Positions 18,869 to 29,745 of a stretch of 64,000 bases of DNA are shown one piece after another. Within the stretch, counting starts at the first letter, position 1. Every line of letters begins with the position of its first letter. The notes beneath the pieces are model-generated. The model saw only the letters and a program-made list of their open reading frames with translations. It was not told the DNA's origin and did not search any database. The translations under genes and the position numbers were made by a program. The DNA comes from an uncultured Alphaproteobacteria bacterium (GTDB lineage Bacteria > Pseudomonadota > Alphaproteobacteria > Rhizobiales > Xanthobacteraceae): NCBI GenBank assembly GCA_963733315.1, contig CAVTCV010000023.1, forward strand, positions 8,035 through 72,034. The letters run 5' to 3'.

Positions 18869-20134
18869 TTAGCGCGCCGGCGACAGTTCGTGCGTGCCTG
18901 AGCGCTGCCGCAGCAATGCGATGAAGCGCTCCTCGGCCATCGGCTGGCCGAGCAGGAAGCCCTGGCCGAAATCGCAGCCCATGCTGATCAGCGCGACCGT
19001 GTCGGCGGCTTTCTCGATTCCCATGGCGACCGCGTTGCATCGGTGGCGGTGCGCGAGATCGATCACCCCCTTGCACAGCGGCATATTGACCTTATCGGTG
19101 CCGCAGTCGGTGATGAATTTGCGGTCGAGCTTGAGTTCGACGAAAGGCAGCTCTTTGAGCCCCGCCAGGGCCGCATGGCCTGCGCCGAATTCATCGATGG
19201 CAAGATGCACGTTGTGTGGCTTCAGCCGCTCGCTGAGCGTGGCGGCGAGCGCGAGATCGGAGATGATCTGCTCCTCGCGCAGGTCGACGATAAGCCCCGG
19301 CCAACCTTCGGCGCTTGGATGCTGCGCCTTCACGATGTCCTCGATCGGCAGTTTGGCGAGGACTGCAGGCTGGATATTGACTGTGAGCGGGATATTGAGA
19401 CCCAGCTTCGCGAAAATGACGCCGGTCTTGAGTGCGCTTTGCAAGGCGCGTTCGGACAATTTGATCACGCTGGCCTCGGCGGCGCCCGGGAGGAATGCGC
19501 CGGGCAGCAGCACGCCATGTTCGGGATGACGCGCGCGGGCATAGGCTTCCGCGCCGGCTAGCTTTTTCCTGCGCAAATCGATCTTGGGCTGATACCAGAA
19601 CTCGATCCAGTTGTTGGCCAGCGCCTCTTCGAGCTCGATGCGGGCAGTGGCTTCGGATACGCCGAGTTTGAGATCGCGGATGATCTTGACGATCGCTTCG
19701 GTGTCGTACGGCTTCTTGAGCACCGGGAGCATGTTAAGTCTGCGCTGGAGACCGATGCTCTTGGCGTGCTCGAGCACGGCCGCGCCGCGGCTGCTGGTCA
19801 ATTGCACGGCGCCGCGAAAGCCGCGTGCGCCGAGAGCGGTCATCGCTTCAAGGGCGTCGGCGGAATTGAGCGCGATGTTGAGGATGATGAGGTCGGGGAG
19901 GCGGTCGTCCGCCGATTGGCGGAGCGCGCCGCTGTCGGTAAAGCCGACGCTATCGATGCCCAAGCCGTGCAACACCAGCGACAGGAATTGGCGGATGCCG
20001 GCGTCCTCGTCGACCACGTAGCAGAGCGGGGCGGCCGTTGGTGCGAGCGGCGGCGCCTCGACGGTTGCGGCTGGTTTAGCGATGGTCTTGCGTGGCGATT
20101 CTGCTGGGGAGGCGGGCATGAACGTGCGTGACAT
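18869..20134 (-). CDS. REC-EAL domain protein, degenerate
   Basis: Receiver-like N-terminus; YQPKIDL, EAY, DEFGAG, LKLDRKF, QGFLLGQP. Confidence 0.85.
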   Translation of the reverse strand: MSRTFMPASPAESPRKTIAKPAATVEAPPLAPTAAPLCYVVDEDAGIRQFLSLVLHGLGIDSVGFTDSGALRQSADDRLPDLIILNIALNSADALEAMTALGARGFRGAVQLTSSRGAAVLEHAKSIGLQRRLNMLPVLKKPYDTEAIVKIIRDLKLGVSEATARIELEEALANNWIEFWYQPKIDLRRKKLAGAEAYARARHPEHGVLLPGAFLPGAAEASVIKLSERALQSALKTGVIFAKLGLNIPLTVNIQPAVLAKLPIEDIVKAQHPSAEGWPGLIVDLREEQIISDLALAATLSERLKPHNVHLAIDEFGAGHAALAGLKELPFVELKLDRKFITDCGTDKVNMPLCKGVIDLAHRHRCNAVAMGIEKAADTVALISMGCDFGQGFLLGQPMAEERFIALLRQRSGTHELSPAR

Positions 20135-20260
20135 TCCAACTGCGAATAAGGGGTCGTATGTTACCTCTATTGGTGTTCCAAACTTCTTAAATATGAGTTT
20201 CCCGTGCCGGCGGTGAGATGCCGCAGCTTGGGCTAAACGCCGAAAATCACAGAAGAAAAT

Positions 20261-20337
20261 TGGCGACCCCGGCAGGATTCGAACCTGCGACCCCCAGCTT
20301 AGAAGGCTGGTGCTCTATCCGGCTGAGCTACGGGGTC
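20261..20337 (-). tRNA. tRNA-Arg(TCT)
   Basis: GACCCCGTAGCTCAG...CCAGC-CTTCTAA-GCTGG...GGTTCGAATCC...GCCA cloverleaf. Confidence 0.96.
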
Positions 20338-20692
20338 GAGCCTGATGCGCCGAAAGGTTTACCTGCAGCCCACGCCTATTGAAAGGCACGCGCCGTTTGG
20401 CGCAGCGCGGTGGATCGCAAAGGGCTATCGGCCCGGCCGTGACTTCCATAGACAAATTAAAGCGTTAACGTGGATTATTACAGTAATTAATCCAATTTCG
20501 CAGTGCTTTCGACTAGCGCTTCGGCCAATCGGTTCGTTACGCTGCCGGTGGGGCCGTCGCGGTATGGCGCGTTGCACCATCATGATCCGTTCACGGCGCG
20601 GCCACGACCTCGACACGTTCCGGCGCTGAACTAATAGTGGCGATCGGCGCACTAACAATGACGACCCGACGCCACCCTGGGAGGCTCCCTCG

Positions 20693-23600
20693 ATGTTCAC
20701 GTCCATCCGCGCCGGCCTTGCCGCCGCACTGATCGCGCTTGCCTTGCTGCCGGCCATGGCGGCCGACAAGGCCTTCAAGCGCGGTGATCTGGATGACGCG
20801 GCGATCAAGCTCGAAGCGCAGATCAAGAACGACGCCGGAGCGGTGACCAAGCCGGCCGCGACCTTGCGACGCGACGCCGACGCCGCCTTCCAGAAGAACG
20901 ATTTCCGCACCGGCATGACAGTGCTCGGCCAACTCGTCACCGTTGCGCCGGCCGACGCCACGAACTGGCTGCGCCTGGCGCGCACCGTGTTGCAGATTCG
21001 TCTGCGCGACGATCGCGAGCGGGCGCTGCTGCTCGATCGCGCCTCGACTGCGGCTTATATCGCTTACCAGCGCGCGACCGCACGCGATGTCGAAGCCGAC
21101 AGTCTGGCGCTGCTCGGCAAGACCTTCGCCGACCGCAAGCTCTGGCGCCCGGCGCTCGATTCCATGCGGCTTGCGCTCGATCTGCGCGAGAGCGCCGATC
21201 TGCGCGGCCAATACGAACGCCTGCGCAGCGACTACGGCTTCCGCATGCTGGATTACTCGGTCAATTCCGACGCCGTCTCGCCGCGCGTCTGCTTCCAGTT
21301 CTCGGAAGAGTTGCCCGGCAAGCGTACCGATTTCTCGCCCTACGTTGCGGTCGCCGGTCAGGACAAGCCGGCGATTTCGGCCAACGACAAGCAGCTTTGC
21401 GTCGAGGGCCTCAAGCACGGCGAGCGCTACGAGATCACGCTGCGGGCCGGCCTGCCGTCGGTGGTGCGCGAGACGCTGGCGAAATCGGCCGACTTCACCA
21501 TCTTCGTGCGCGACCGTAAGCCGTTCGTGCGTTTCTCCGGCAAGGCCTATGTGCTGCCGCGCACCGGCCAGCGCGGCATCCCGGTACTCAGCGTCAATTC
21601 CAGCACGGTCGCTATCTCGGTCTATCGTATCGGCGACCGCAATCTGCTCGACACCGTGCTGGGCAACGATTTCCAGCGTAACTTAAGCCAATACGACGCC
21701 GAGCGCATCGCCAGCGAGAACGGCTCGAAGGTATGGAGCGGCGAGCTCGCCGTCATGCCCATGCTCAATACCGAAGTGGCCACCGCGTTCCTGGTCGACC
21801 AAGCGCTCGGCGATCTTAAAGCCGGCGTCTATGTGATGACGGCGACGCCGAAAGAGGTCGTCGCCAACGACTACGGCCAGCGCGCCAGCCAATGGTTCAT
21901 CGTCTCCGATCTCGGCCTGACCGCCTATAGCGGGCATGACGGCATCGACGTCTTTATCCATTCGCTGGCCAGCGCCGAGCCGATGGGCCAAGTCGGTGTC
22001 CGGTTGATCGCGCGCAACAACGAGGTGCTGGCGACAAAATCCACCGACAAGGACGGCTTTGTGCATTTCGAGGCCGGCTTGACGCGCGGCGAGGGCGGTC
22101 AGACGCCAGCCGCGATCGTCGCCGCCGAGAAAGCCGATTATGCATTCCTCAGCCTGAAGTCGCCGGCCTTCGATTTGTCTGACCGCGGCGTGGCCGGCCG
22201 GCAGGTGCCGACCGGGCTCGACGCTTTCGTCTATACCGAGCGCGGCGTCTATCGAAGCGGCGAAACCGTGCACGTGACCTCGTTGCTGCGCGATGCCCGC
22301 GGCATCGCCGCCGCGGCGCCGCTCACGCTAGTGATGGAGCGGCCGGACGGCGTCGAATATCGCCGTGTCTTGGTGCCCGATCAGGGTCTTGGCGGGCATA
22401 GCTGGAGCGTGCCGATCGTGCGCTCCGCCTCGACCGGCACCTGGCGCGTGGCCGCCTATACCGATCCCAAGCGTCCGCCGATCGGCGAGGCGACCTTCCT
22501 GGTCGAGGACTACGTGCCCGACCGTATCGAATTCGACTTGAAGTCCGCGGCCAAAACCATTCCGCGCGATGCGCCCGCACAACTGAGCGTGGACGGGCAT
22601 TTCCTCTACGGTGCGCCGGCGTCCGATCTCGAATTGCAGGGCGCGGTGACCATCGCGGTCGCCAAGGAGCGGCCGGGCTTTGCCGGCTATTCGTTCGGTC
22701 TGGAAGACGACAACGTCACGGCGGTGCGCCAGGAGCTCGGCGATCTGCCGGCGACCGACGCGACGGGAAAGGCGAGTTTCCCCGTCACCCTCGAAAAAAT
22801 CCCGACCACCACGCGCCTGCTCGAAGCGACGATTACGGTAAGCATGGCGGAATCCGGCGGTCGCGCGGTCGAGCGCAAGATCACGCTTCCGATCGCGCCA
22901 GAGGCAACGATGATCGGCGTCAAGCCGGCCTTCTCCGGCCGCTCGCTGGACGACGGCGCCAATGCCGATTTCGACCTGGTCATGGTCGCCCCCGACGGCA
23001 AGACGCTGGCGCAAAAAGGGCTGCATTATGAGCTGCTGCGCGTCGAGACGTCCTATCAGTGGTACCGCCAGAACGGCAGCTGGGAATTCGAGCCGGTCAA
23101 GCGCACCCAGCGCGTCGCCGACGGCACCGTTGACGTGACCGCCGACAAACCGGCGCGGATTTCGCTGCCGGTGCGATGGGGTCGCTATCGTCTCGAAGTG
23201 TCGACCGCCGGACAGAACGGCGTGACCACCTCGCTGACTTTCGACGCGGGTTTCTACGCGGAATCGAGCGCCGACACGCCCGATCTCCTGGAAATCGCGC
23301 TCGACAAGAACGATTTCAAATCCGGCGACAGCATGAATGTGTCGGTCACCGCGCGCACGGCGGGCCGCCTGACGCTCAACGTCTTTACCGACCGGCTGGT
23401 GGCTTCGACTTCGCAGGACGTGAAACCCGGCGCGGTGCAGGTGCCGCTCACCGTCGGCAAGGACTGGGGCACCGGCGCCTATCTGGTTGCCACCTTGCGC
23501 CGTCCGCTCGACGCGCCGGCGGAACGCATGCCGGGACGCGCCATCGGCGTGCAGTGGTTCTCCATCGACCGCACCGAACGCACGCTCGCGCTCGACATGA

Positions 23601-25897
23601 AATTGCCGTCCACCATGCGGCCTAACAACGCGCTCAGCGTGCCGATCAAGCTTGCCGGCTTGGCCGCCGGCGAGGAGGCGCACGTAGTCGTCGCCGCCGT
23701 CGACGTCGGCATTCTCAATCTCACCAATTACAAACCGCCGGCGCCCGACAACTATTATCTCGGCCAGCGGCAACTCACCGCCGAGATCCGCGACCTCTAC
23801 GGGCAGTTGATCGACGGCATGCAGGGCGTGCGCGGGCAGATCCGCTCGGGCGGCGATAGCGGCGCCGAATTGAGCGGGCCACCGCCGACGCAAGCGCCGC
23901 TCGCGCTCTATTCCGGCATCGTCAGCGTCGGTCCCGACGGCACGGCCCAAGTGAGCTTCGACATCCCCGCCTTCATCGGCACCGTGCGCGTGATGGCGGT
24001 CGCCTGGAGCAAGGACAAGGTCGGCAAGGCCTCCGGCGACGTTATCGTGCGCGATCCGGTGGTGCTGACCGCGACGCTGCCGCGTTTCCTGCGCACCGGC
24101 GACCGCGGCAACGTCCAGCTTGAGTTGGATAACGTCGAAGGCGCGGCCGGCGACTACGCCATCACTGTCGCCAGCGACGGCACGGTGAATCTCGACGGTG
24201 CTAAACCGTTCACGCTCAAACTTGCAGCCAAGCAGCGCGACCACGTCGCGGTGCCGGTGTCGGCGGCGGGCTCCGGATCGAGCACGCTGAAAGTGAGCGT
24301 GAGCGGGCCGAACGGCTTTGCGCTCGAACGCGCCTATGCGCTCGACGTGCGGCCGGCAAACCAGATCCTCACCCGCCGCACCGTGCGCTCGCTCGCGGCC
24401 GGCGAGACGCTGACGCTGTCGAAGGACATGTTCGCCGACTTCGTGCCGGGAACGGGCCGCGTCGGCCTGTCGGTCGCGATCTCGGCCTCGCTCGACATCG
24501 CGACGCTGCTCAACGAACTCGACCGCTATCCGTTCGGCTGCTCGGAGCAGATTACCAGCCGCGCGGTGGCGATGCTCTATATCAACGAACTGGCCGCGCA
24601 GGCCAAGCTCGCGCTCGACGGCGACATCGACCAGCGCATCAAGGACGCCATCCAGCGTCTCTTGGCGCGGCAGGATTCGAACGGCTCGTTCGGTCTGTGG
24701 ACGGTCGGCGGCAACGATCCTTGGCTCGACGCCTACGTCACCGACTTCCTCACGCGCGCGCGCGAGCGCAATTTCGAGGTGCCGCAGGCGGCGTTCACTC
24801 AGGCGCTCGACCGGCTGCGCAATTACGTGGCGAGTTCGCCCGATGCCGGCAAGAACGGCGGCCGCGATCTCGCTTACGCGCTCTACGTGTTGGCGCGCAA
24901 CGGCGTCGCGCCGGTCAGCGACCTGCGCTACATCGCCGATACCAAGCTCGACGATCTGGCGACGCCGATCGCCAAGGCGCAAGTCGCCGCAGCCCTTGCC
25001 ATGCTCGGCGACAAGACGCGCGCCGACCGCGTTTATCTCGCTGCGCTCGACGCGATTCCACGCCAGCCGCGGCTCGAGCTCGATCTCGGCCGCGCCGACT
25101 ACGGTTCGGTCCTGCGCAACTCGGCCGCGGTGGTGACGCTCGCCTCGGAAGGGCGCGCGACGCAAAGGACCATCGACGACGCGGTCGCGCGCATCGACGC
25201 CGCCCGCGCTATTACCAGCCGTACCTCGACGCAGGAAGACGCCTGGCTGGTGTTGGCCGCCCGCGCGCTGGTCAAGCAGGTCAACGCCGTTTCGCTGTCG
25301 GTCAATGGCGATACCCGGCAGGGCGCGTTCTATCGCAGTCTGCGCGCCGACCAGCTTGATACGCCGCTCGCGGTGAGCAACCGCGGTGACGGTACGGTGC
25401 AGGCGGTGGTATCGGTGAGCGGCTCGCCGACCACGCCGGAACCCGCGGCCGAACGCGGCTTCAAGATCGAGCGCAGCTATTTCACGCTCGATGGCGAGCC
25501 GGCCGATATCAGCAAGGTCAAGCAGAACCAGCGTTTCGCAGTGGTGCTGAAGATGACCGAGCCCAATCCGCAGTTCGGCCGCGTCATCGTCGCCGATTAT
25601 CTGCCGGCCGGCTTCGAGATCGATAATCCGCGCCTGGTGTCGTCCGGCGATACCGGCACGCTGTCGTGGATTACCGACGCGGTCGAGCCCGTGAACAGCG
25701 AATTCCGCGACGACCGCTTCACGGCGGCCTTCGACCGCGAGGAGAACTCGCCGGCGGTCTTCACGGTGGCCTATGTGGTGCGCGCGGTGTCGCCCGGCCA
25801 CTACGTGCTGCCGCAGGCGGTGGTCGAGGACATGTACCGGCCCGACCGTTTCGGGCGCACGGGAACGGGGACGATCGACATCACGGCGGGAAAATGA
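20693..25897 (+). CDS. yfhM: Bacterial alpha-2-macroglobulin
   Basis: 1734 aa, signal peptide, YTERGVYRSGE, thioester motif YPFGCSEQ, EDMYRP; coupled to pbpC. Confidence 0.95.
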   Translation: MFTSIRAGLAAALIALALLPAMAADKAFKRGDLDDAAIKLEAQIKNDAGAVTKPAATLRRDADAAFQKNDFRTGMTVLGQLVTVAPADATNWLRLARTVLQIRLRDDRERALLLDRASTAAYIAYQRATARDVEADSLALLGKTFADRKLWRPALDSMRLALDLRESADLRGQYERLRSDYGFRMLDYSVNSDAVSPRVCFQFSEELPGKRTDFSPYVAVAGQDKPAISANDKQLCVEGLKHGERYEITLRAGLPSVVRETLAKSADFTIFVRDRKPFVRFSGKAYVLPRTGQRGIPVLSVNSSTVAISVYRIGDRNLLDTVLGNDFQRNLSQYDAERIASENGSKVWSGELAVMPMLNTEVATAFLVDQALGDLKAGVYVMTATPKEVVANDYGQRASQWFIVSDLGLTAYSGHDGIDVFIHSLASAEPMGQVGVRLIARNNEVLATKSTDKDGFVHFEAGLTRGEGGQTPAAIVAAEKADYAFLSLKSPAFDLSDRGVAGRQVPTGLDAFVYTERGVYRSGETVHVTSLLRDARGIAAAAPLTLVMERPDGVEYRRVLVPDQGLGGHSWSVPIVRSASTGTWRVAAYTDPKRPPIGEATFLVEDYVPDRIEFDLKSAAKTIPRDAPAQLSVDGHFLYGAPASDLELQGAVTIAVAKERPGFAGYSFGLEDDNVTAVRQELGDLPATDATGKASFPVTLEKIPTTTRLLEATITVSMAESGGRAVERKITLPIAPEATMIGVKPAFSGRSLDDGANADFDLVMVAPDGKTLAQKGLHYELLRVETSYQWYRQNGSWEFEPVKRTQRVADGTVDVTADKPARISLPVRWGRYRLEVSTAGQNGVTTSLTFDAGFYAESSADTPDLLEIALDKNDFKSGDSMNVSVTARTAGRLTLNVFTDRLVASTSQDVKPGAVQVPLTVGKDWGTGAYLVATLRRPLDAPAERMPGRAIGVQWFSIDRTERTLALDMKLPSTMRPNNALSVPIKLAGLAAGEEAHVVVAAVDVGILNLTNYKPPAPDNYYLGQRQLTAEIRDLYGQLIDGMQGVRGQIRSGGDSGAELSGPPPTQAPLALYSGIVSVGPDGTAQVSFDIPAFIGTVRVMAVAWSKDKVGKASGDVIVRDPVVLTATLPRFLRTGDRGNVQLELDNVEGAAGDYAITVASDGTVNLDGAKPFTLKLAAKQRDHVAVPVSAAGSGSSTLKVSVSGPNGFALERAYALDVRPANQILTRRTVRSLAAGETLTLSKDMFADFVPGTGRVGLSVAISASLDIATLLNELDRYPFGCSEQITSRAVAMLYINELAAQAKLALDGDIDQRIKDAIQRLLARQDSNGSFGLWTVGGNDPWLDAYVTDFLTRARERNFEVPQAAFTQALDRLRNYVASSPDAGKNGGRDLAYALYVLARNGVAPVSDLRYIADTKLDDLATPIAKAQVAAALAMLGDKTRADRVYLAALDAIPRQPRLELDLGRADYGSVLRNSAAVVTLASEGRATQRTIDDAVARIDAARAITSRTSTQEDAWLVLAARALVKQVNAVSLSVNGDTRQGAFYRSLRADQLDTPLAVSNRGDGTVQAVVSVSGSPTTPEPAAERGFKIERSYFTLDGEPADISKVKQNQRFAVVLKMTEPNPQFGRVIVADYLPAGFEIDNPRLVSSGDTGTLSWITDAVEPVNSEFRDDRFTAAFDREENSPAVFTVAYVVRAVSPGHYVLPQAVVEDMYRPDRFGRTGTGTIDITAGK

Positions 25898-27948
25898 AGC
25901 GCTGGCGATTTATCCTGGGTGGCGTAGCGGGCGCGGCTTTTCTGGCCGCACTCGCCGCCGGCGCCTGGGTCTATTCGCTCGGCCGGCCGCCGCTCGGCCA
26001 GGATCTCGAGACCTCACATGTGGTGCTCGACCGCAATGGCAAGCTCTTGCGCGCCTATGCCACCACCGAAGGGCGCTGGCGGTTGCCGGCGGGTCCAAAA
26101 GACGTCGATCCGCGCTTCCTCAAGCTTCTGTTCGCCTACGAGGATAAGCGCTTCTACGAGCATGACGGCGTCGATGTCCTCGCGCTCGGCCGTGCCGCAT
26201 TTCAGCTCGTCACGCAAGGACATATCGTCTCCGGCGGCTCCACTTTGACCATGCAGGTCGCCCGGCTGCTGGAGCCGCGCGAACACCGGAGTATCGACGC
26301 CAAGCTGCGCCAGATCACGCGCGCGCTCGAGCTCGAACACGCACTGAGCAAGCCGCAAATCCTGGCGCTCTACCTCACGCTCGCCCCTTACGGCGGCAAC
26401 CTCGAAGGCATCCGCGCCGCGTCGCTCAGCTATTTCGGCAAGGAGCCCAAAAAGCTCACGCTCGCCGAAGCCGCGCTCCTGGTCGCGCTGCCGCAGTCGC
26501 CCGAACTGCGCCGGCCGGATCGCTATCCGGAAGCGGCACGGGCGGCGCGCGACCGCGTGCTCGACCGCGCGCAGGTGGCCGGTGTGGTGCCGCGCGACGA
26601 GGTCGCGCACGCAAAAGAAGCGGCCGTCCCGCATGAGCGCAAGCCGCTGCCGGTGCTGGCGCCGCATACCGCGGACCAGGTGGTCACCGCCGAGCCCGAC
26701 CGCCGCATTCACCGTCTCACCATCGACGCGGCCTTGCAGAGGTCGCTGCAGGAGCTGGCCCGCGAGCGCGCCCGTGCGCTGGGCCCGAAAATTTCCGTCG
26801 CCATCCTCGCGGTCGACAACGAGACCGGCGAGGTGCGCGCGCGTGTCGGCTCCGCCGATTATTTCGACGAGCGCCGCGCCGGGCAGGTCGACATGACGCA
26901 GGCGCTGCGCTCGCCCGGTTCGACCCTGAAGCCGTTCATCTACGGGCTCGCCTTCGAGGACGGCCTGCTGCATCCGGAAACGCTGATCGATGACAAGCCG
27001 GTGCGCTACGGCAACTACACGCCGGAGAATTTCGATCTTACCTTCCAGGGCACAGTCACCGTGCGGCGCGCGCTGCAGATGTCGCTCAACGTTCCCGCCA
27101 TCGCCGTGCTCGGCAAGGTCGGCGTCAGCCGGTTGAGTGCGCGGCTCACGCAAACCGGTGCTGCGCTGGTGCTGCCGAAGGGCGAGGCGCCGGGGCTTGC
27201 CATGGGTCTCGGCGGCGTCGGCATCAAGCTCAGCGATCTGGTGATGCTTTACACCGGGCTCGCGCGCCAAGGCTCGGCATTGCCGCTGCGCGAGCGCGAA
27301 AGCGCGATCGAACCATCCCCACGCCGTCTCCTTGATCCGGTGGCCGCCTGGTATGTCGGCAACGTCCTGATCGGCGCGCCGCCGCCGGACAACGCGATGC
27401 CCTGGCGCATCGCCTTCAAGACCGGCACGTCCTATGGCTATCGCGATGCCTGGGCGGTCGGCTTCGACGGCCGCATGACCATCGGGGTCTGGGTCGGGCA
27501 GGCGGATGGAGCGCCGGTGCCGGGGCTCTACGGCCGCGGCTCGGCGGCGCCGATTTTGTTCGACGCGTTTTCGCGCACCGGCAGCGCGCCGGTGCCACTG
27601 GCGCATGCGCCCAAAGGGGCCATCTTTGCCACCACCAATAAATTGCCGCCGCCGCTGCAGCGCTTTGTCCCCGATGGCGCCGCTGGCGCGAGTGCGGAGC
27701 CGCCGCGCATCATGTTCCCGCCCGACGGCGCGCGCATCGAACTCGCCAAGGGCGCCGCGCCCGATCCGGTGGCGCTGAAGATTTCTGGCGGGGCCGCGCC
27801 GCTCACCGTCATGGTCAACGGCGTACCGCTGCCGCCGCAGGGCAGCCGGCGCATGCTCTTCTTCGCGCCGGACGGCCCCGGCTTTGTGCGGCTCACCGTC
27901 ATGGACGCCCGCGGCGCCACCGACAGCGTCAGCGTCCGGCTGCAGTAA
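25894..27948 (+). CDS. pbpC: Penicillin-binding protein 1C
   Basis: EDKRF, GGSTLTMQVAR transglycosylase; STLK, SLN, KTG transpeptidase; ATGA overlap with the macroglobulin gene. Confidence 0.95.
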   Translation: MKRWRFILGGVAGAAFLAALAAGAWVYSLGRPPLGQDLETSHVVLDRNGKLLRAYATTEGRWRLPAGPKDVDPRFLKLLFAYEDKRFYEHDGVDVLALGRAAFQLVTQGHIVSGGSTLTMQVARLLEPREHRSIDAKLRQITRALELEHALSKPQILALYLTLAPYGGNLEGIRAASLSYFGKEPKKLTLAEAALLVALPQSPELRRPDRYPEAARAARDRVLDRAQVAGVVPRDEVAHAKEAAVPHERKPLPVLAPHTADQVVTAEPDRRIHRLTIDAALQRSLQELARERARALGPKISVAILAVDNETGEVRARVGSADYFDERRAGQVDMTQALRSPGSTLKPFIYGLAFEDGLLHPETLIDDKPVRYGNYTPENFDLTFQGTVTVRRALQMSLNVPAIAVLGKVGVSRLSARLTQTGAALVLPKGEAPGLAMGLGGVGIKLSDLVMLYTGLARQGSALPLRERESAIEPSPRRLLDPVAAWYVGNVLIGAPPPDNAMPWRIAFKTGTSYGYRDAWAVGFDGRMTIGVWVGQADGAPVPGLYGRGSAAPILFDAFSRTGSAPVPLAHAPKGAIFATTNKLPPPLQRFVPDGAAGASAEPPRIMFPPDGARIELAKGAAPDPVALKISGGAAPLTVMVNGVPLPPQGSRRMLFFAPDGPGFVRLTVMDARGATDSVSVRLQ

Positions 27949-28020
27949 TAGGGGTCGCATGACAGGGGGGAGGCGAGGGCTTATGGTCCCGGCCAAAGGC
28001 GCGGAATTACGATCGAGGCA

Positions 28021-29745
28021 ATGAGCACGGCCACCAATCACGCGCGGCAGACGCTGCAACGGTCGCGCGGTCTCTCCGCGGTGCTGGACTACGCCAGCGC
28101 CTCGCACAGACGCGCCGGCTTTGTGCTGGTCGTGTTCACGCTGATCGCCTTCCTGCCGGGTTTTTTCCAGATCCCGCCGGTCGACCGCGACGAGGCTCGC
28201 TTCGCGCAGGCCACCAAGCAGATGCTGGAGACCGGCCAATACGTCGACATCCGTTTCCAGGGCGAGGTTCGCTACAAGAAGCCGGTCGGCATCTATTGGT
28301 TGCAGCTTCTGGCGGTGAAAGCCGGCGAGGCGGCCGGCATTCCGCAGGCGCGCACCACCATCTGGCTCTACCGGCTGCCGTCGCTGTTTGCGGCGAGCGG
28401 CGCGGTGCTGCTGACCTATTGGACTGCGCTCGCCTTCGTCGCGCGGCGCACCGCGGTGCTGGCGGCGCTGATGATGGCGAGTTGCGTGCTGCTCGGCGTC
28501 GAGGCGCGGCTCGCCAAGACCGATGCGACATTGCTGTTCACTTGCGTTGCGGCGATGGGCGCCATGGCGCGCATTTATCTGATGCAGCGGCGTACGCCGG
28601 AGCGCGAAATCGGCTGGAGACTGCCGGCGATCTTGTGGACGGCGATGGCGGCCGGCGTGCTGATCAAGGGGCCGCTGATCCTGATGTTTGTCGGGCTCAC
28701 CGCGCTGACGCTGTCGATTGCCGACCGCTCGGGCCGCTGGCTATGGTCGCTGCAGCCGATTGTCGGCTTCGCTTGGCTGATCGTGCTAGTGCTGCCCTGG
28801 TTCGTTGCCATCGTCGTCAAATCCGGCGGCAGTTTCATTACCCAGTCGGTCGGCGAGGACATGCTGGCCAAGGTGGTTGGCGGCCAGGAATCACACGGCG
28901 CGCCGCCGGGTTTTTACTTCCTGCTGTTCTGGGTGACGTTCTGGCCGGGCTCCATTCTCGCCGGCGTGGCCGCGCCACGCATCTGGCAGGCGCGGCGCGA
29001 ACCGGGCGCGCGCTTCCTGCTCGCCTGGCTGCTGCCGTCATGGGCGGTGTTCGAAATCGTCATGACCAAGCTGCCGCATTACGTGCTGCCGCTTTATCCG
29101 GCGATCGCCATCCTGATCGCCGGTATCCTCGAGGGCGGGGGGCTCTACAACAAGCGCTGGCTGGTGCGCGGCACCGTCGCCTGGTTTGTATTTCCCGCGC
29201 TGATCGCCATCGGCGTCGTCGTGCTGTTTCTTCTTGTCGGGCACGGGCTTGGCATTATCGCTTGGCCGTTCGCGGCGGCTGCGGCGATCTTCGGCCTGTT
29301 CGCCTGGTGGCTTTACGACGTTGACGGGCCCGAGCGGGCGTTGTTGCGCGGCATGGTCGCCTCGGTATTCATCGCCATCACTGTTTATGCGGTGACCTTC
29401 CCCTCGCTGCTGGCATTGTTCCCGAGCGCGCTGATCGCCGACGACCTTCGCGACAGCGGATGCGCAACGCCGCACGTCGCCTCGACCGGCTACTATCAGG
29501 AGCCGAGCCTGGTGTTCCTGCTCGGTACCGACACCCGCTTCACCGACGGCGCCGGCGCCGCTGAATTTTTGCGCGCCGGTCCGTGCCGCTTCGCGCTGGT
29601 CGATGCGCGCAGCGAACGCAGCTTCGTGCAGCGCGCGGATGCGGTCGGCCTACGCTATGCGGTCAGCCAGCGCGTCGACGGCTACAATATCAGCATCGGG
29701 CGGCCGGTGATGCTCACCGTGTTCCGCTCGACGGAAAAGCCATGA
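28021..29745 (+). CDS. ArnT/GT39-like lipid A glycosyltransferase
   Basis: DRDEARFAQ, YKKPVGIYW, KGP, TKLPHY; many TM helices. Confidence 0.9.
   Translation: MSTATNHARQTLQRSRGLSAVLDYASASHRRAGFVLVVFTLIAFLPGFFQIPPVDRDEARFAQATKQMLETGQYVDIRFQGEVRYKKPVGIYWLQLLAVKAGEAAGIPQARTTIWLYRLPSLFAASGAVLLTYWTALAFVARRTAVLAALMMASCVLLGVEARLAKTDATLLFTCVAAMGAMARIYLMQRRTPEREIGWRLPAILWTAMAAGVLIKGPLILMFVGLTALTLSIADRSGRWLWSLQPIVGFAWLIVLVLPWFVAIVVKSGGSFITQSVGEDMLAKVVGGQESHGAPPGFYFLLFWVTFWPGSILAGVAAPRIWQARREPGARFLLAWLLPSWAVFEIVMTKLPHYVLPLYPAIAILIAGILEGGGLYNKRWLVRGTVAWFVFPALIAIGVVVLFLLVGHGLGIIAWPFAAAAAIFGLFAWWLYDVDGPERALLRGMVASVFIAITVYAVTFPSLLALFPSALIADDLRDSGCATPHVASTGYYQEPSLVFLLGTDTRFTDGAGAAEFLRAGPCRFALVDARSERSFVQRADAVGLRYAVSQRVDGYNISIGRPVMLTVFRSTEKP

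Noticed and set aside
18362-20337. 18-bp inverted match between the att fragment and tRNA-Arg as an invertible segment
   Set aside because: Shared T-arm sequence common to tRNAs; the acceptor stems differ.
20693-27948. Alpha-2-macroglobulin-pbpC pair as a novel system
   Set aside because: Well-known conserved operon.
22328-28239. Very long antisense ORFs (1157 aa, 741 aa and similar elsewhere)
   Set aside because: Shadow ORFs opposite high-GC genes, with no recognisable motifs.
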